Shown here in pieces: positions 61,901-64,000 of a stretch of 64,000 bases of DNA; the first letter of the stretch is position 1; each line of letters begins with the position of its first letter. The notes under the pieces were generated by a model that was not told the origin of the DNA, ran no database searches, and saw nothing but the letters and a program-made list of their open reading frames with translations. Position numbers and translations under genes: made by a program. The stretch comes from Fimbriosthenelais zetlandica (Eukaryota): assembly GCA_977030845.1 (NCBI GenBank), contig OZ365115.1:29884001-29948000 (forward strand), given 5' to 3'.

Positions 61901-63046
61901 GATATATGATCTGCCACTTAAGAAATAGCCAGGATAATTAATGATTGTATAATTCACAGAATTTGTCATTTACTAACCAGTGTATGACCCTTGTACCGAC
62001 ACCATACCGGATGTCATGTACACGAGGAAAAAAACGAACAAAGTCTACGACCTTTGACAATGGTGCTTTGGCAAAATAATTCCCATCGCATTTAGCGCTA
62101 ACAACCTGTAAGAGTCATGAAGCACTGTAAAAAGACACTTCACTTCTCTCTCTCCACTCCTTTGCCATACTCGCCTGCAATGGAAAACATCCGGGTGGAA
62201 TGAAATAAGCAGACATAAATGATGCCATGCTCTGACTCCCAAGAAAGTAAGATATAGATTTGCACCAGGCAAAGTTGAGGTTAGTGCTTCCTAAAAAGGC
62301 AACATTCCGGTTATAGAGTCACAAGATGGGAGTGCACGTTTTAGTGCTTAAAGGTGAATGACTTGACCGATATTTTTTGACATTAAAAAATCACTGCAGG
62401 TATTATGATGATAAAGAAGTTATCTATTGCCTCCTTGAAGGTATGTGAACGCTGATAAAAAGATTAAGGTTATCTTCAATCCTGATCTCAATATGACCAA
62501 AATGGGGAATTATGTGGAGATAGCAATGCGTACATTTTACTGACTAGCCTATGTTATACTCATTACTTTTGCTGTATATATGTCCTATATTTGTTTAATG
62601 TCAAGTGAATTCGGTAATTTGACATTTGAACATTTTCAGAACTTATGTATTTCTCCATGAAACCAGGCATGGACCAGCACCACAGGTCTATGTCTAGTTC
62701 AAGGTATTATCTCTAGATGGCAGAGCGGAGCTCATGGTCAGCTACACTCGCTACAATGTTACTCAAAGCTCACAACAGAGGGCCCTAGTTCTGCTCTCAC
62801 GCCACCACAAACTCCTGAGTACACCTATCCATCTCTCCTTCTTTTCAAATTGTTCATTTCCTGGCAGTGATGAATTAATACTGGTTCTTAGAGTTAAACC
62901 TATTTCCTTGTTCTCAATCTTTACCTGATTAAATATTTCGTGGGTTGCCCTGGTCAAACATCAAAAGCTTGTTTAATAATGCTGTCACTTTATGTTCTTG
63001 CCTGCTTGCATCTAACCATACTCACAAATTTGCTTGTATTTTACAG

Positions 63047-63070
63047 AGCTGGGACCCTCGGCACTTCCAA
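63047..63070 (+). CDS. Candidate 24-nt microexon (SWDPRHFQ in phase 0)
   Basis: CTAAC branch point at ~63012, then TTTGCTTGTATTTTACAG|AGCTGGGACCCTCGGCACTTCCAA|GTAAGT, with several TGC motifs upstream; frame-preserving and stop-free. Confidence 0.45.
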
Positions 63071-64000
63071 GTAAGTTTGAAATATTAGGATTGCTAGATT
63101 TATGTAGATTAGTGATGCAAAATGTCCCTGGACTTATTTTACTGGGTCTTCATTTTGTTATCGTGGTGTATATCTGTGTGTATACAGTTGGTTTTGGTTT
63201 AGTGTACAAGTTCCTTTTCCTCTATACCTTTCCTTTATAGTTAGTTATAGTTCTTTTGCAAGATCTTTTTTTACTTCATTTGGTTAATATATTTCCTTAT
63301 GTGACATATATGGACCAATTTTGTTGTGTGTGCAAACTCTTAAGTGTTCTATTTAAGCGTTAATATTATATGGATTTCCTTCATATATTTTCTTTTCTAT
63401 CGGAATCAAGTGTTATGACTATTTTACGTGTATCTCTTCCACAAATACTGGACCAGATCCCCAGTTTATGACCCTTGAAATCCGCCTCAAAGGACGAGGT
63501 CTTGAAGCATCCTGGAAAAGCAAAATTCCAATGAGTCCGCGACCAACCACTTTTCCCACCTTCTCAATGAGCTAGGTGGCCAGCCTACTACCCCAGCATA
63601 CAAAACAGCCTTGGAAATTAAAAATACAAAAGCTCCACAGCCAGCAAAGGAAATGAAGAACACAGACTCCCGATGGTCTTTTGCTAGTCGACACTGCTAC
63701 TATTTGGATGATAATGTCTTTATAGCCTAGTCTGAGATACTTTATCACACAATCATATATATATTATATAGAGGTGATAGATGTGGGGAAGAGGAAAGTA
63801 ACATGTTAGTAGCGCTGATAACAAATCTGATACAATATTCATTTCTCTCCTGATGAATTCAGTGATGACGAATGATGAACCACTTCAAATGCTCTTCTGG
63901 GATTTCTTCGTAGCACAGGATGTCGACGATATATCTTTTACGTCTTCCGCTAATTGCTCAGTATTTTAACTGCCTGGCATTTATAAGCATTCTAAATGCA

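Larger units (their letters stand above)
17884..64000 (+). other. Long first coding intron of liprin-alpha (at least 46 kb, open at the right edge)
   Basis: No sequence encoding the expected next exon (EFAxLTKEL...[31 protein letters not shown]) was found by eye or in the ORF track, and no other recognisable protein-coding gene was found in this span. Confidence 0.75.

Noticed and set aside
19709-62299. CArG boxes (19709, 41316, 42773, 46441, 51256, 62290) and MEF2-like sites (45880, 48294, 55663) as a muscle enhancer landscape
   Set aside because: About 3 CArG matches are expected by chance in 46 kb at this composition, the sites are scattered rather than clustered, and one overlaps a splice donor.
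17884-64000. Nested MyoD/MRF gene suggested by vertebrate synteny
   Set aside because: No WACKACK or RRKAATxRERRRL coding sequence was seen on either strand by eye or in the ORF track; a TBLASTN would be decisive.

Overview
AT-rich animal genomic DNA (bilaterian invertebrate by protein similarity; species cannot be fixed from sequence alone). Nothing prokaryotic was found: no CRISPR array, rRNA or tRNA. Four spliced genes were reconstructed by hand from GT/AG boundaries and reading frame. (1) A NIMA/NEK-family kinase on the minus strand, ATG 4053, running off the left edge. (2) A 16-exon, ~790-aa GABA-B-like class C GPCR on the plus strand, 5622-12301, with a Tc1/mariner-type non-autonomous element in intron 2 and one GC-AG intron. 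(3) TMEM183 on the minus strand, 17163-14336, 372 aa. (4) The first coding exon of liprin-alpha (PPFIA; 17644-17883), head-to-head with TMEM183 across an NRF1/YY1 bidirectional promoter, followed by an intron of at least 46 kb that fills the rest of the window. The best lead is inside that intron: a recursive-splice (ratchet) site at 40011/40012 (17/18-pyrimidine tract, CAG|GTAAGT) followed by a 66-nt cryptic exon with an in-frame stop. The intron also holds two candidate 24-nt in-frame microexons, candidate alternative first exons (one encoding a GAP-43-like MVVCCM N-terminus) and a 31-unit minisatellite whose long ORFs are artefacts. All exon calls are manual and need RNA-seq confirmation.
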